From positions 228,804 to 292,803 of the forward strand of contig JBJKVL010000001.1 of the NCBI GenBank assembly GCA_045562675.1: DNA of 64,000 nt, written 5' to 3'. Within the stretch, counting starts at the first letter, position 1. Every line of letters begins with the position of its first letter. Made by a program: the position numbers and the translations under genes. Shown one piece after another: positions 56,199 to 64,000 of this stretch. The notes under the pieces are model-generated. The model ran no database searches and was not told the origin of the DNA. It saw only the letters and a program-made list of their open reading frames with translations. Source of the DNA: Dehalococcoidia bacterium. GTDB taxonomy: Bacteria > Chloroflexota > Dehalococcoidia > UBA2979.

Positions 56199-56411
56199 AT
56201 GGTTTATACATTACCCCCTAAATTATGTCCTAGATGTAGTGGCTTTATGCTTGCAGAAGATGATACCTATGGTGAATTTTCTACATGTGTACAGTGTGGA
56301 TTTGTTCATGAAAATGAAGTAGCTGATCCTGCTGATATTAAGAAGGAAGAAGAGTTAGCCTTCGGTAAGCTGCGTCGAAGACAACCGTCTCATGGTAAAT
56401 TAAGATTATAA
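56199..56411 (+). CDS. 70-aa C4 zinc-ribbon protein with basic C-terminal tail
   Basis: ATG 56199 lies 6 nt after GGAGG. MVYTLPPKLCPRCSGFML...CVQCGFVHE...KLRRRQPSHGKLRL. The ORF-track start 56166 lies inside the riboswitch platform. Confidence 0.65.
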   Translation: MVYTLPPKLCPRCSGFMLAEDDTYGEFSTCVQCGFVHENEVADPADIKKEEELAFGKLRRRQPSHGKLRL

Positions 56412-56420
56412 TTTTTTCTA

Positions 56421-57995
56421 TTATTGATTAATTAACCAATATTCATAAGAATCTTGTAATGCAAGGAATGATGCTTCTATGACATCTGTAGAAGAGCCTA
56501 CAGTGCTCCATGATGTTTTGTTGTCTGATGATTCAATAAATACTCTAACACCTGCTGCAGAACCTTGTGACGGATCAAATATTCTCACTTTATAATCAAT
56601 TAGATGTATATTGACTAAATCAGGGTAAAAATTGATTAATGCATCTTTTAATGCTGAATCTAATGCAGCAACTGGTCCACTACCATTTGCTGATGATTGA
56701 TAAAATTCTTTTCCTACCTTTACTTTAACCATAGCATCAGATAGTATTGCACCAATTTCATTGTCTGTATTAGGTTGTTTTCGCTCAACTACAAGAAAAT
56801 CTTCTACAGAAAAAGGGCTTTGATAATTTTCTTTTATCTTTCTCACCACAAGTTCAAAAGACGCACCCGCAGCTTCAAATTGCATACCTTTTGCTTCTAA
56901 ATTTTTTATCTTTCCTAATATATCTTCTATTTCATTATTTGATAAATCTAGATTAATATTTTGTTCTTTAATTTTTTCCTGAATATTTCTTCTTCCTGAA
57001 AATTCTGATACTAATATTCTTTCTTGATTTCCAACTAGAGAAGGCTCAATGTGAGTGTATGTACCTGAGGATTTTGTAATTGCTGCTACATGTAAGCCGG
57101 CTTTATGTGCAAAAGCACTCTTGCCTACATATGGTTGCCTGTTGTTAGGTATAATATTGGCTAATTCATCAGCAAAATGAGACACTTTAGTTAGTTCTTC
57201 TAATTGTTTATCCGTGATGATTTCAAAACCAAGTTTTAATTTGAGATTTGCAATTACTGAGATTATATTTGCATTACCAGTTCTTTCTCCCCAACCATTT
57301 AAACAAGCTTGAACATGCGTTGCTCCACTTTCTACAGCAATAATAGTATTTGCAACTGCCATGTCAGCATCATTATGAACATGAATACCGATTTCTCCAA
57401 GATTTAAATTTATTACTTTTTCAGTTATTTGTTTGATTTCCATTGGCATTGTTCCACCATTTGTATCACATAAAACAATTGCTTCTGCGCCAGCATCTGA
57501 TGCTGCTTTTACAGTGGATAAAGCATAATCTTCATTTTCTTTAAAGCCATCAAAAAAATGTTCTGCATCAAAAATAATTTTTCTTTTTTTTGATGCAAGA
57601 TATTCAATAGAATCTTTGATCATTGAAATATTTTCCTCATCTGTAGTTTGCAATACTTTATTAACCTGGCTCAAAGAAGATTTACCAACGATTGTTAAAT
57701 AGTTTGTCTTTGCATCAATTAGTGCTTGTAGCGATTCGTCTTCTTTTGGATTAGTATTAGCTTTACGAGTTGAACCAAATGCTACCATTTTAGCATTTTT
57801 CAATTTAATCTCTTGAACTGAATCAAAAAATGCAGCATCTTTTGGGTTTGATCCTGGAAAACCACCTTCAATGAAATCAATACCTAAGCTGTCAAGTTTT
57901 TTCACAATTTCAATCTTGTCTTTTAAAGACAAAGAAATACCTTCCATGCCTAATCCATCTCTTAGAGTTGTGTCATACAATTTTATTTTTTTCAA
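56421..57995 (-). CDS. cimA: citramalate synthase
   Basis: 524 aa. LYDTTLRDGLGMEG with HVHNDADMA metal site. Long C-terminal regulatory domain typical of CimA-type LeuA homologues. Second LeuA-family gene in the cluster. Confidence 0.8.
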   Translation of the reverse strand: MKKIKLYDTTLRDGLGMEGISLSLKDKIEIVKKLDSLGIDFIEGGFPGSNPKDAAFFDSVQEIKLKNAKMVAFGSTRKANTNPKEDESLQALIDAKTNYLTIVGKSSLSQVNKVLQTTDEENISMIKDSIEYLASKKRKIIFDAEHFFDGFKENEDYALSTVKAASDAGAEAIVLCDTNGGTMPMEIKQITEKVINLNLGEIGIHVHNDADMAVANTIIAVESGATHVQACLNGWGERTGNANIISVIANLKLKLGFEIITDKQLEELTKVSHFADELANIIPNNRQPYVGKSAFAHKAGLHVAAITKSSGTYTHIEPSLVGNQERILVSEFSGRRNIQEKIKEQNINLDLSNNEIEDILGKIKNLEAKGMQFEAAGASFELVVRKIKENYQSPFSVEDFLVVERKQPNTDNEIGAILSDAMVKVKVGKEFYQSSANGSGPVAALDSALKDALINFYPDLVNIHLIDYKVRIFDPSQGSAAGVRVFIESSDNKTSWSTVGSSTDVIEASFLALQDSYEYWLINQ

Positions 57996-58028
57996 TTTAT
58001 TTTCCTAATACAAATAGATCGATATTAA

Positions 58029-59126
58029 TTATAATTTTTTATATTCAGCAATAATTGCTTGTGACATTTCTTTTGTTGAAACTGGCTTATCTCCAACGTT
58101 TGTTATATCTTTTGTGCGCAATCCTAATGCTATCACTTTTTCAACACTGTTCTCGATTTTATCTGCTATTGTTTCTTGGTTTAGTGAATGCCTGAACATC
58201 ATAGCCATACAAAGAAATGTAGCAATTGGATTTGCGATTCCTTGTCCAGCAATATCAGGTGCTGAGCCATGTATCGGTTCATACAGTCCAATACCTGTAC
58301 CATCTTCCGTCAGATTAGACAAGGATGCAGAAGGCAACATGCCTAAAGATCCAGAAAGCATTGATGCTTCATCTGTTATAATGTCTCCAAATAAATTGGA
58401 TGCTATAATCACATCAAAATCAGAAGGTTCGCGTATAAGATGCATTGTAGCTGCATCGACTAATATATCTTGAAAAATGACATCTTTGTAGCTTGGTTGA
58501 ATTTCATGGACAACTTCTCTCCATAATCTTGAAGATTCCAATACATTAGCTTTATCAACTGAATGTAATTTACCTCTCCTCTTCAATGCTAATTGAAAAC
58601 CTAGATGAGCAACATTAGCAATCTGATCTTCATTGTAATAAATTGTGTCAACTGCTTCGCGCTTGCCATTTTTTTCTCTTCTTTCTTGTGGCTTACCAAA
58701 ATATGCACCAGAAATTAATTCTCTTATCACCAGAATATCAACATTTTCGAGCTTTTCTTTTTTTATTGAAGAAGCATTAATTAGTTCTCCCCAAATTTTT
58801 ACAGGTCGCAGGTTTGCCCATAAATTTAGTTCTGATCTTATTTTTAATAATCCTTGTTCTGGTCGAACGGAGCTTGAAGGATTATCCCATTTTGGACCAC
58901 CTACAGCACCCCAAAGTACAGCATCAGAATTTTTAGCAATTTGGATTGTTTCATCCTTTATTGCTTCACCATAGGCATCGATTGCAGCACCTCCAACAAG
59001 TTCTTTCGATATATCGAAAGAACAGTTATCAATTATTTCAATTTGTTTTAGTAATGCAAGTCCTTCATCGATGATTTCCGGTCCGATTCCGTCGCCGGGT
59101 AAAACTAGCAGTTTATATTGATTCAT
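58029..59126 (-). CDS. leuB: 3-isopropylmalate dehydrogenase
   Basis: 365 aa. LPGDGIGPEI N-terminus and NLFGDIITDEASMLSGSLGMLPSAS. Confidence 0.94.
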   Translation of the reverse strand: MNQYKLLVLPGDGIGPEIIDEGLALLKQIEIIDNCSFDISKELVGGAAIDAYGEAIKDETIQIAKNSDAVLWGAVGGPKWDNPSSSVRPEQGLLKIRSELNLWANLRPVKIWGELINASSIKKEKLENVDILVIRELISGAYFGKPQERREKNGKREAVDTIYYNEDQIANVAHLGFQLALKRRGKLHSVDKANVLESSRLWREVVHEIQPSYKDVIFQDILVDAATMHLIREPSDFDVIIASNLFGDIITDEASMLSGSLGMLPSASLSNLTEDGTGIGLYEPIHGSAPDIAGQGIANPIATFLCMAMMFRHSLNQETIADKIENSVEKVIALGLRTKDITNVGDKPVSTKEMSQAIIAEYKKL

Positions 59127-59137
59127 TTCTCCTCATT

Positions 59138-59851
59138 TCATAAATGAAATAGAAACTCCATACTTGCATAGTAGTTTATGCGTTCCTGCATTTCTCCGCT
59201 ATAGTTATTGTGTTTTAATATATAACTCAGAGTATCTTTTCCAAAATATATTAATGCTCCTGCTAGGTCGTACGCCGGATCAGACATCATATGTTCTGAC
59301 CAGTCAATTACTCCGGATATTTCGCCATTATTTTTTAAGATAAAGTTACCATCATTAATGTCTCCATGAATTAATGATAAGTCTTTTAATTTAATTTTTG
59401 ACATAATGTCTATTTTTGCACTAGCTTGCAAGAATCTTTGTCTGGAAATTTTTTCTTGATTTTTTATTAAAAGATTCTTATATATTTCTTTTGAGATATT
59501 GGTTGGTTTCTTATCTATAGAATCATAATTTATGTTATGAAGCTTCTTAAAAAAATCTGAAATTGAATTTAAAAATTTCCCCCTAGATTTCTCATTAAAG
59601 CTAAAATTTTTAAATTCAATTCCTTTTATATATTGATATTGTAAGCCACAGATTTTTTTTTCATTATCTATAATTTTACTTAGCTTTGATGGTACTGGAA
59701 GACCAATTCTTTCTAGTTTTTTTAGTAAAGTGAATTCTAGTTCTAATTTAGTAAAATTAGATTGATTTTTTTTGTCTTCATGCAAAACTTTATATGTAAA
59801 ACCATTTTGTACAAATGCAGAGGTATATTTTCCAGAACCTATTATTTCCAT
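59138..59851 (-). CDS. aminoglycoside-phosphotransferase-fold small-molecule kinase of unknown substrate
   Basis: Gly-rich loop IGSGKYTSAF, catalytic HGDINDGNFIL and IDWSE motifs (APH/ChoK/homoserine-kinase-II fold). 237 aa, wedged between leuD and leuB. Confidence 0.7.
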   Translation of the reverse strand: MEIIGSGKYTSAFVQNGFTYKVLHEDKKNQSNFTKLELEFTLLKKLERIGLPVPSKLSKIIDNEKKICGLQYQYIKGIEFKNFSFNEKSRGKFLNSISDFFKKLHNINYDSIDKKPTNISKEIYKNLLIKNQEKISRQRFLQASAKIDIMSKIKLKDLSLIHGDINDGNFILKNNGEISGVIDWSEHMMSDPAYDLAGALIYFGKDTLSYILKHNNYSGEMQERINYYASMEFLFHL

Positions 59852-59867
59852 TGTAATTTATATCTTT

Positions 59868-60470
59868 TTAGATGATTGATTTTGTTGAAGGATAGAAATC
59901 TTTTCGTTCATTTTCAAATTTATTAATGAGCTCTTCTCTTTGCATTGTAATACCGATATCATCTAGACCATTAAGCAATCTATGTTTAAGAAAATCATCT
60001 ATTGAAAAATTGATTTTAGTATTTTGCTTACTATTAATTAAAACTTGATCTGCTAAATCAATTTCTAAATTTAATCCTTCACTGCTTTCTGCAATCGACA
60101 TTAAATTATCTACTTCTTTTTGTGTTAACTGTATGCAGAGTATCCCAACTTTACCACAATTAGAATTAAAGATATCTGCAAAAGATGGTGCAATTACTGC
60201 TTGAATTCCTAAATCTTCAAGGCCCCATACAGCATGCTCTCTAGATGAACCAGAACCAAAATTTCGTTGGGCAAGTAATATTTCAGCATTCTCAAATCTT
60301 TTGTCATTCAGTATAAAATCTGGATCTTTGCGCCATTCATCAAAGGCAAAAGGTCCATAACCTGATCTTTCAACTCTTTTTAAATATTGCTTTGGCATGA
60401 TTTGATCAGTATCTACATCTGCTCGATTTAATGGTAAAACTATACTGTTAATTTTCTTAATGGATTTCAT
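59868..60470 (-). CDS. leuD: 3-isopropylmalate dehydratase small subunit
   Basis: 200 aa with NFGSGSSREHA motif. Overlaps the leuC stop. Confidence 0.94.
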   Translation of the reverse strand: MKSIKKINSIVLPLNRADVDTDQIMPKQYLKRVERSGYGPFAFDEWRKDPDFILNDKRFENAEILLAQRNFGSGSSREHAVWGLEDLGIQAVIAPSFADIFNSNCGKVGILCIQLTQKEVDNLMSIAESSEGLNLEIDLADQVLINSKQNTKINFSIDDFLKHRLLNGLDDIGITMQREELINKFENERKDFYPSTKSII

Positions 60471-61882
60471 TATATTTTCCTAATATCTGTAAAATGACCA
60501 GCAATGGCCGCCGCCGCTGCCATTTCAGGACTGACTAGATGAGTTCTTCCGCCTTGGCCTTGACGACCTTCAAAATTCCTATTTGAAGTTGATGCACTTC
60601 TTTCGCCTGGCTTTAGAATATCTGGGTTCATACCCAAACACATTGAACAGCCAGCCTCTCTCCATTCAAAGCCTGCATCAATAAATATTTGATCTAAGCC
60701 TTCTTCTTCAGCTTGTTTTTTTACTAAACCAGAACCAGGGACTACAATTGCATGGATATCTTTAGCGACTTTATTTCCATTTACGATATTTGATGCTGAA
60801 CGAAGGTCTTCAATTCTTGAATTGGTGCATGAGCCAATAAATATTTTATCTAAAATAATATCTTCAATGTTAGTGCCAGCTTTAAGATCCATATAATCTA
60901 ATGCTCGTGTTGCGGTATCTCTTGCCGCTGCGTCTGCCATGTCTTTTGGATTTGGTACTTTACCTGATATTGGTGCACTTTGTGCAGGATTTGTACCCCA
61001 AGTGACAAATGGTTCAATTTTCTCAGCGATTAACTCAACTCTAGTATCAAAACTTGCATCATTATCTGAGTATAAATCCTTCCAATTAGCTACAGCTTTT
61101 TCCCAAGCATCACCTTTTGGTGCCATAGGCCTTCCTTTAATATAATTAAAAGTTGTTTCATCAGGTGCAATTAGTCCTGCGCGTGCACCTGCTTCAATTG
61201 TCATATTACATATTGTCATTCTGCCTTCCATGGATAAATTTTTTATTGCTTCTCCTGTAAATTCGATAATATGACCGATGCCTCCATCAACGCCAATTTT
61301 ATTTATAATCGCTAATACAATATCTTTACCTGTAATGCCTTTTTGGACATTACCTTTAACATTGATTTCCATCATTTTTGGTAGAGGCGCAGGTAAGGTT
61401 TGAGTAGCGAGAACATGTTCTACTTCAGAAGTTCCGATTCCAAATGCCAATGAACCAAATGCACCATGAGTTGATGTATGACTATCTCCACACACAATTG
61501 TCATACCTGGTTGAGTTAATCCTTGCTCAGGACTAATAACATGAACAATCCCCTGCCTTGGATCAAAAATATCTAATAGAGGCACTTTGAAATCTTTTGC
61601 ATTTTTTCTAAGCGTATCAATTTGTTTTATGGATAAGGGATCAGGATTGGGCAGCGATCTGTCAGTTGTAGGAACATTATGATCAATTGTTGCTATTGAT
61701 AGGTCAGGTCTTCTAACTTGACGATTATTAATTCTCAAACTTTCAAATGCTTGAGGAGAAGTTACTTCATGAAGAAGATGCAGATCAATATATAGAAGAT
61801 CTGGGATTCCATCTTCGCGATGGACTATATGATTCTCCCATATTTTTTCAGCTAAAGTTTTTCCATTTTTCATCTTAGTCAT
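60470..61882 (-). CDS. leuC: 3-isopropylmalate dehydratase large subunit
   Basis: 470 aa aconitase-family protein with VCGDSHT, GSCTNSR and CSMCLGMN cluster ligands. Confidence 0.95.
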   Translation of the reverse strand: MTKMKNGKTLAEKIWENHIVHREDGIPDLLYIDLHLLHEVTSPQAFESLRINNRQVRRPDLSIATIDHNVPTTDRSLPNPDPLSIKQIDTLRKNAKDFKVPLLDIFDPRQGIVHVISPEQGLTQPGMTIVCGDSHTSTHGAFGSLAFGIGTSEVEHVLATQTLPAPLPKMMEINVKGNVQKGITGKDIVLAIINKIGVDGGIGHIIEFTGEAIKNLSMEGRMTICNMTIEAGARAGLIAPDETTFNYIKGRPMAPKGDAWEKAVANWKDLYSDNDASFDTRVELIAEKIEPFVTWGTNPAQSAPISGKVPNPKDMADAAARDTATRALDYMDLKAGTNIEDIILDKIFIGSCTNSRIEDLRSASNIVNGNKVAKDIHAIVVPGSGLVKKQAEEEGLDQIFIDAGFEWREAGCSMCLGMNPDILKPGERSASTSNRNFEGRQGQGGRTHLVSPEMAAAAAIAGHFTDIRKI

Positions 61883-61890
61883 CTTTCTTT

Positions 61891-63426
61891 TTATTTTTCT
61901 CTTCTCATATTATATATGATTAATTTATTTATAGCATTCATGTATGAACGCGCACTTGCAACTAAAATATCTGTATGAGCTGCATTACCAACAAAACTTT
62001 GTCCATTTGACAAGATTCGAATTGAGACTTCTCCTTGGGCATCAATGCCTTCCGTCACAGATTTGACTCTGTACTCAGTTAATTGATTATCAACTTTTAC
62101 AATCCTGTCGATAGCTTTACAAATTGAATCTATTGGACCATCTCCATTTGCAGCATCATTGTAAATATTTCCATCTTTATCTTTTACTTCAACTGATGCA
62201 GTAGGTTTTTGATTGTCTCCAGTCGATACTTGTACGCTCTGAAGAATCCATCTTTCTTCATAGTCAAGATTGCCTAATTCAGAAAGAATGACTTCTAAAT
62301 CTCTATCATCTACCTCATCTTTTCTGTCTGCTACTTCTTTGAATGCATTAAAAATTTCATCAAAATCTTTATCATCAACTGTAACGCCTAAATCATCCAA
62401 TCTAGCTTTCAAGCCATGTCTACCAGATACTTTTGTTAATACAATACTTTGATCATCATTCAGTCCGATATTTTTAGGGTCTATAATTTCATATGTTTCA
62501 CGCATTTTCAGTACTCCATCTTGATGAATTCCTGAAGAATGCCTAAAAGCATTTTTACCAACAATTGCTTTATTTGACTGAACTAGCATTCCTGATAGTC
62601 GCTCAACTAATTTGCTAGCTGGATAAATTTCTGTAGTTTCAATTTCTGTATGTAAATTTATTAAATCATTTCTTGTTTGAATAGCCATAATAACTTCTTC
62701 TAAAGATGCATTTCCAGCTCGTTCCCCAATACCGTTTATCGTTCCTTCAATTTGCCTTGCGCCACCCATGATTCCAGCAATTGAGTTTGCTGTGGCCATA
62801 CCCAAATCATTTTGACAATGTACAGAAATTCTTGCTTTATCAATATCTTTGACATTTTCCTTTAATGATTTAATAAAATTTCCAAATTCTTCAGGAATTG
62901 CATAACCAACTGTATCTGGAATATTGATTGTTGTTGCTCCTTCTTCAATTGCAGCTTGAACGAGTTGATATACAAAATTTGCTTCCGATCTTGTTGCATC
63001 CATTGGAGAAAATTCTACATCTGAACAATATTTTGCAGCTTGAGCTACAGAACTACGAGCCATTTCGAGTACATCTTCTTTGTTTTTTCTTAGCTGTTGG
63101 GCCAAATGTATATCACTTGAAGAAAGAAATACATGAATCCTTGGACTTTCAGCAGATTGAACAGCTTGCCAAACTGCATTGATGTCATTTTCATTAGCTC
63201 GTGCTAGTCCACAAATTACCGGACCTTTAATTTCTTTTGCTATTGCAGAAACTGCTTCTAGATCACCCTGAGATGATGCAGGGAATCCAGCTTCAATAAT
63301 ATCTACATTTAACCTTTTTAAAGCATGAGCAATTTGCAACTTATCTTCTTTAGTAAAGCCAATTCCGGCAGATTGCTCACCATCTCTAAGTGTCGTATCA
63401 AATATATATATTTTTTCTGATGACAT
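61891..63426 (-). CDS. leuA: 2-isopropylmalate synthase
   Basis: 511 aa. [20 protein letters not shown], and a C-terminal LeuA allosteric domain. Confidence 0.93.
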   Translation of the reverse strand: MSSEKIYIFDTTLRDGEQSAGIGFTKEDKLQIAHALKRLNVDIIEAGFPASSQGDLEAVSAIAKEIKGPVICGLARANENDINAVWQAVQSAESPRIHVFLSSSDIHLAQQLRKNKEDVLEMARSSVAQAAKYCSDVEFSPMDATRSEANFVYQLVQAAIEEGATTINIPDTVGYAIPEEFGNFIKSLKENVKDIDKARISVHCQNDLGMATANSIAGIMGGARQIEGTINGIGERAGNASLEEVIMAIQTRNDLINLHTEIETTEIYPASKLVERLSGMLVQSNKAIVGKNAFRHSSGIHQDGVLKMRETYEIIDPKNIGLNDDQSIVLTKVSGRHGLKARLDDLGVTVDDKDFDEIFNAFKEVADRKDEVDDRDLEVILSELGNLDYEERWILQSVQVSTGDNQKPTASVEVKDKDGNIYNDAANGDGPIDSICKAIDRIVKVDNQLTEYRVKSVTEGIDAQGEVSIRILSNGQSFVGNAAHTDILVASARSYMNAINKLIIYNMRREK

Positions 63427-63452
63427 TTTATTTCCTTAAATTCAAACCAAAA

Positions 63453-64000
63453 TTACTTCTGATTTAACCAACCCATCATAGCTCTAATTTCTTTACCAAT
63501 ATTTGTTATAGGATGTTTAAGATTTTTTTCTCTTAAAGCCCGAAATCTAGGTTGCCCAGCTTGATTTTCTACTATCCATTCACGAGCAAATTCACCAGTT
63601 TGTATTTCATCTAATATTTTTTTCATTTCATCTTTTACAGATTGATCTACAACTCTTGGCCCTCTTGTATAATCTCCGTATTCAGCAGTTTCAGAGACAG
63701 AGTATCGCATATATTCCATACCACCTTCATACATTAAATCAACAATTAACTTTAGCTCATGCAAAGTTTCAAAATATGCTGATTCAGGTTGGTAGCCACC
63801 TTCAACTAATGTTTCATATGCAGCCTTGACTAATGATGTTACACCTCCACATAGAATAGTTTGTTCTCCAAATAGATCTGTTTCAGTTTCTTCTTGAAAC
63901 GTTGTTTCTAAAATACCAGCTCTAGTTGAACCTATGCCTTTCCCGTAGGCTAGTGCAGTTGCAAGAGCTGACTCAGATGCATCTTGATGAATAGCTACCA
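63453..64000 (-). CDS. ilvC: ketol-acid reductoisomerase, C-terminal part (5' end outside window)
   Basis: The minus frame stays open to the window edge: ..[61 protein letters not shown]... The ORF track shows only the part after the first internal Met (63453-63764). Confidence 0.9.
   Translation of the reverse strand, partial: VAIHQDASESALATALAYGKGIGSTRAGILETTFQEETETDLFGEQTILCGGVTSLVKAAYETLVEGGYQPESAYFETLHELKLIVDLMYEGGMEYMRYSVSETAEYGDYTRGPRVVDQSVKDEMKKILDEIQTGEFAREWIVENQAGQPRFRALREKNLKHPITNIGKEIRAMMGWLNQK

Noticed and set aside
1-64000. A search for CRISPR arrays, IS elements or transposases, integrases, prophage genes, restriction-modification systems, toxin-antitoxin pairs or other defence islands. 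I also considered an alternative genetic code (UGA reassigned).
   Set aside because: - No repeat-spacer pattern, terminal inverted repeats or recombinase-like ORFs were seen. The only notable repeat is the 20-bp tandem duplication at 35874.
- UGA terminates plsX, gcvH, the M20 peptidase, the SDR and the CNNM gene at their expected C-termini, so the code is standard apart from Sec.

Overview
This is a visibly AT-rich (about 30% GC by eye), very compact bacterial chromosomal segment. It holds about 65 protein genes, 2 tRNAs and 2 riboswitches. I found no mobile elements, CRISPRs or recognisable defence genes. The code is standard: UGA terminates several conserved genes at their expected ends.

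Layout:
- 1-8.5 kb: tail of the ribosomal-protein supercluster (rpmD' rplO secY adk map infA rpmJ rpsM rpsK rpsD rpoA rplQ truA rplM rpsI).
- 8.5-11.8 kb, minus strand: GNAT-ahcY-metK.
- 11.9-21 kb: plsX, trxA/trxB, a canonical-looking tRNA-Sec (selC, 14281-14377), htrA, an M20 peptidase and MFS transporters.
- 21.1-23.0 kb: SAM-I riboswitch plus a ThrC-like / NIL / CysO-like sulfur-carrier operon.
- 23.1-33.7 kb: gcvT-gcvH-gcvP, an internally duplicated lipoprotein, and an AapJQMP-type amino-acid ABC transporter.
- 33.9-44.8 kb: acyl-CoA dehydrogenase plus MMPL transporter, then an apparently decaying MFS / FAD-FeS oxidase locus, an SDR and a flavin reductase.
- 44.9-51.7 kb: tRNA-His, a Cys-rich double zinc-finger protein coupled to an MshC-like cysteine ligase, an LmbE-type deacetylase plus Nudix/ATC-hydrolase fusion, and lexA.
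- 51.7-55.9 kb, minus strand: an operon joining holA with F420 genes (cofE, npdG).
- 56.1-56.4 kb: a c-di-AMP (ydaO-type) riboswitch in front of a 70-aa zinc-ribbon protein.
- 56.4-64 kb, minus strand: cimA-leuB-(APH-like kinase)-leuD-leuC-leuA-ilvC'.

Gene order, F420 genes, MMPL, and the CysO-like and MshC/LmbE-like genes suggest a streamlined low-GC actinobacterium. That is inference only.

Most interesting:
1. The SAM-riboswitch-controlled three-gene sulfur-carrier module.
2. selC, with no selenoprotein gene detectable in the window.
3. The c-di-AMP riboswitch controlling a tiny zinc-ribbon protein.
4. The zinc-finger/MshC-like pair, separated only by an in-frame UGA.
5. Four homopolymer-associated frame disruptions confined to three accessory genes.

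All family assignments come from reading motifs by eye. No database search was run.
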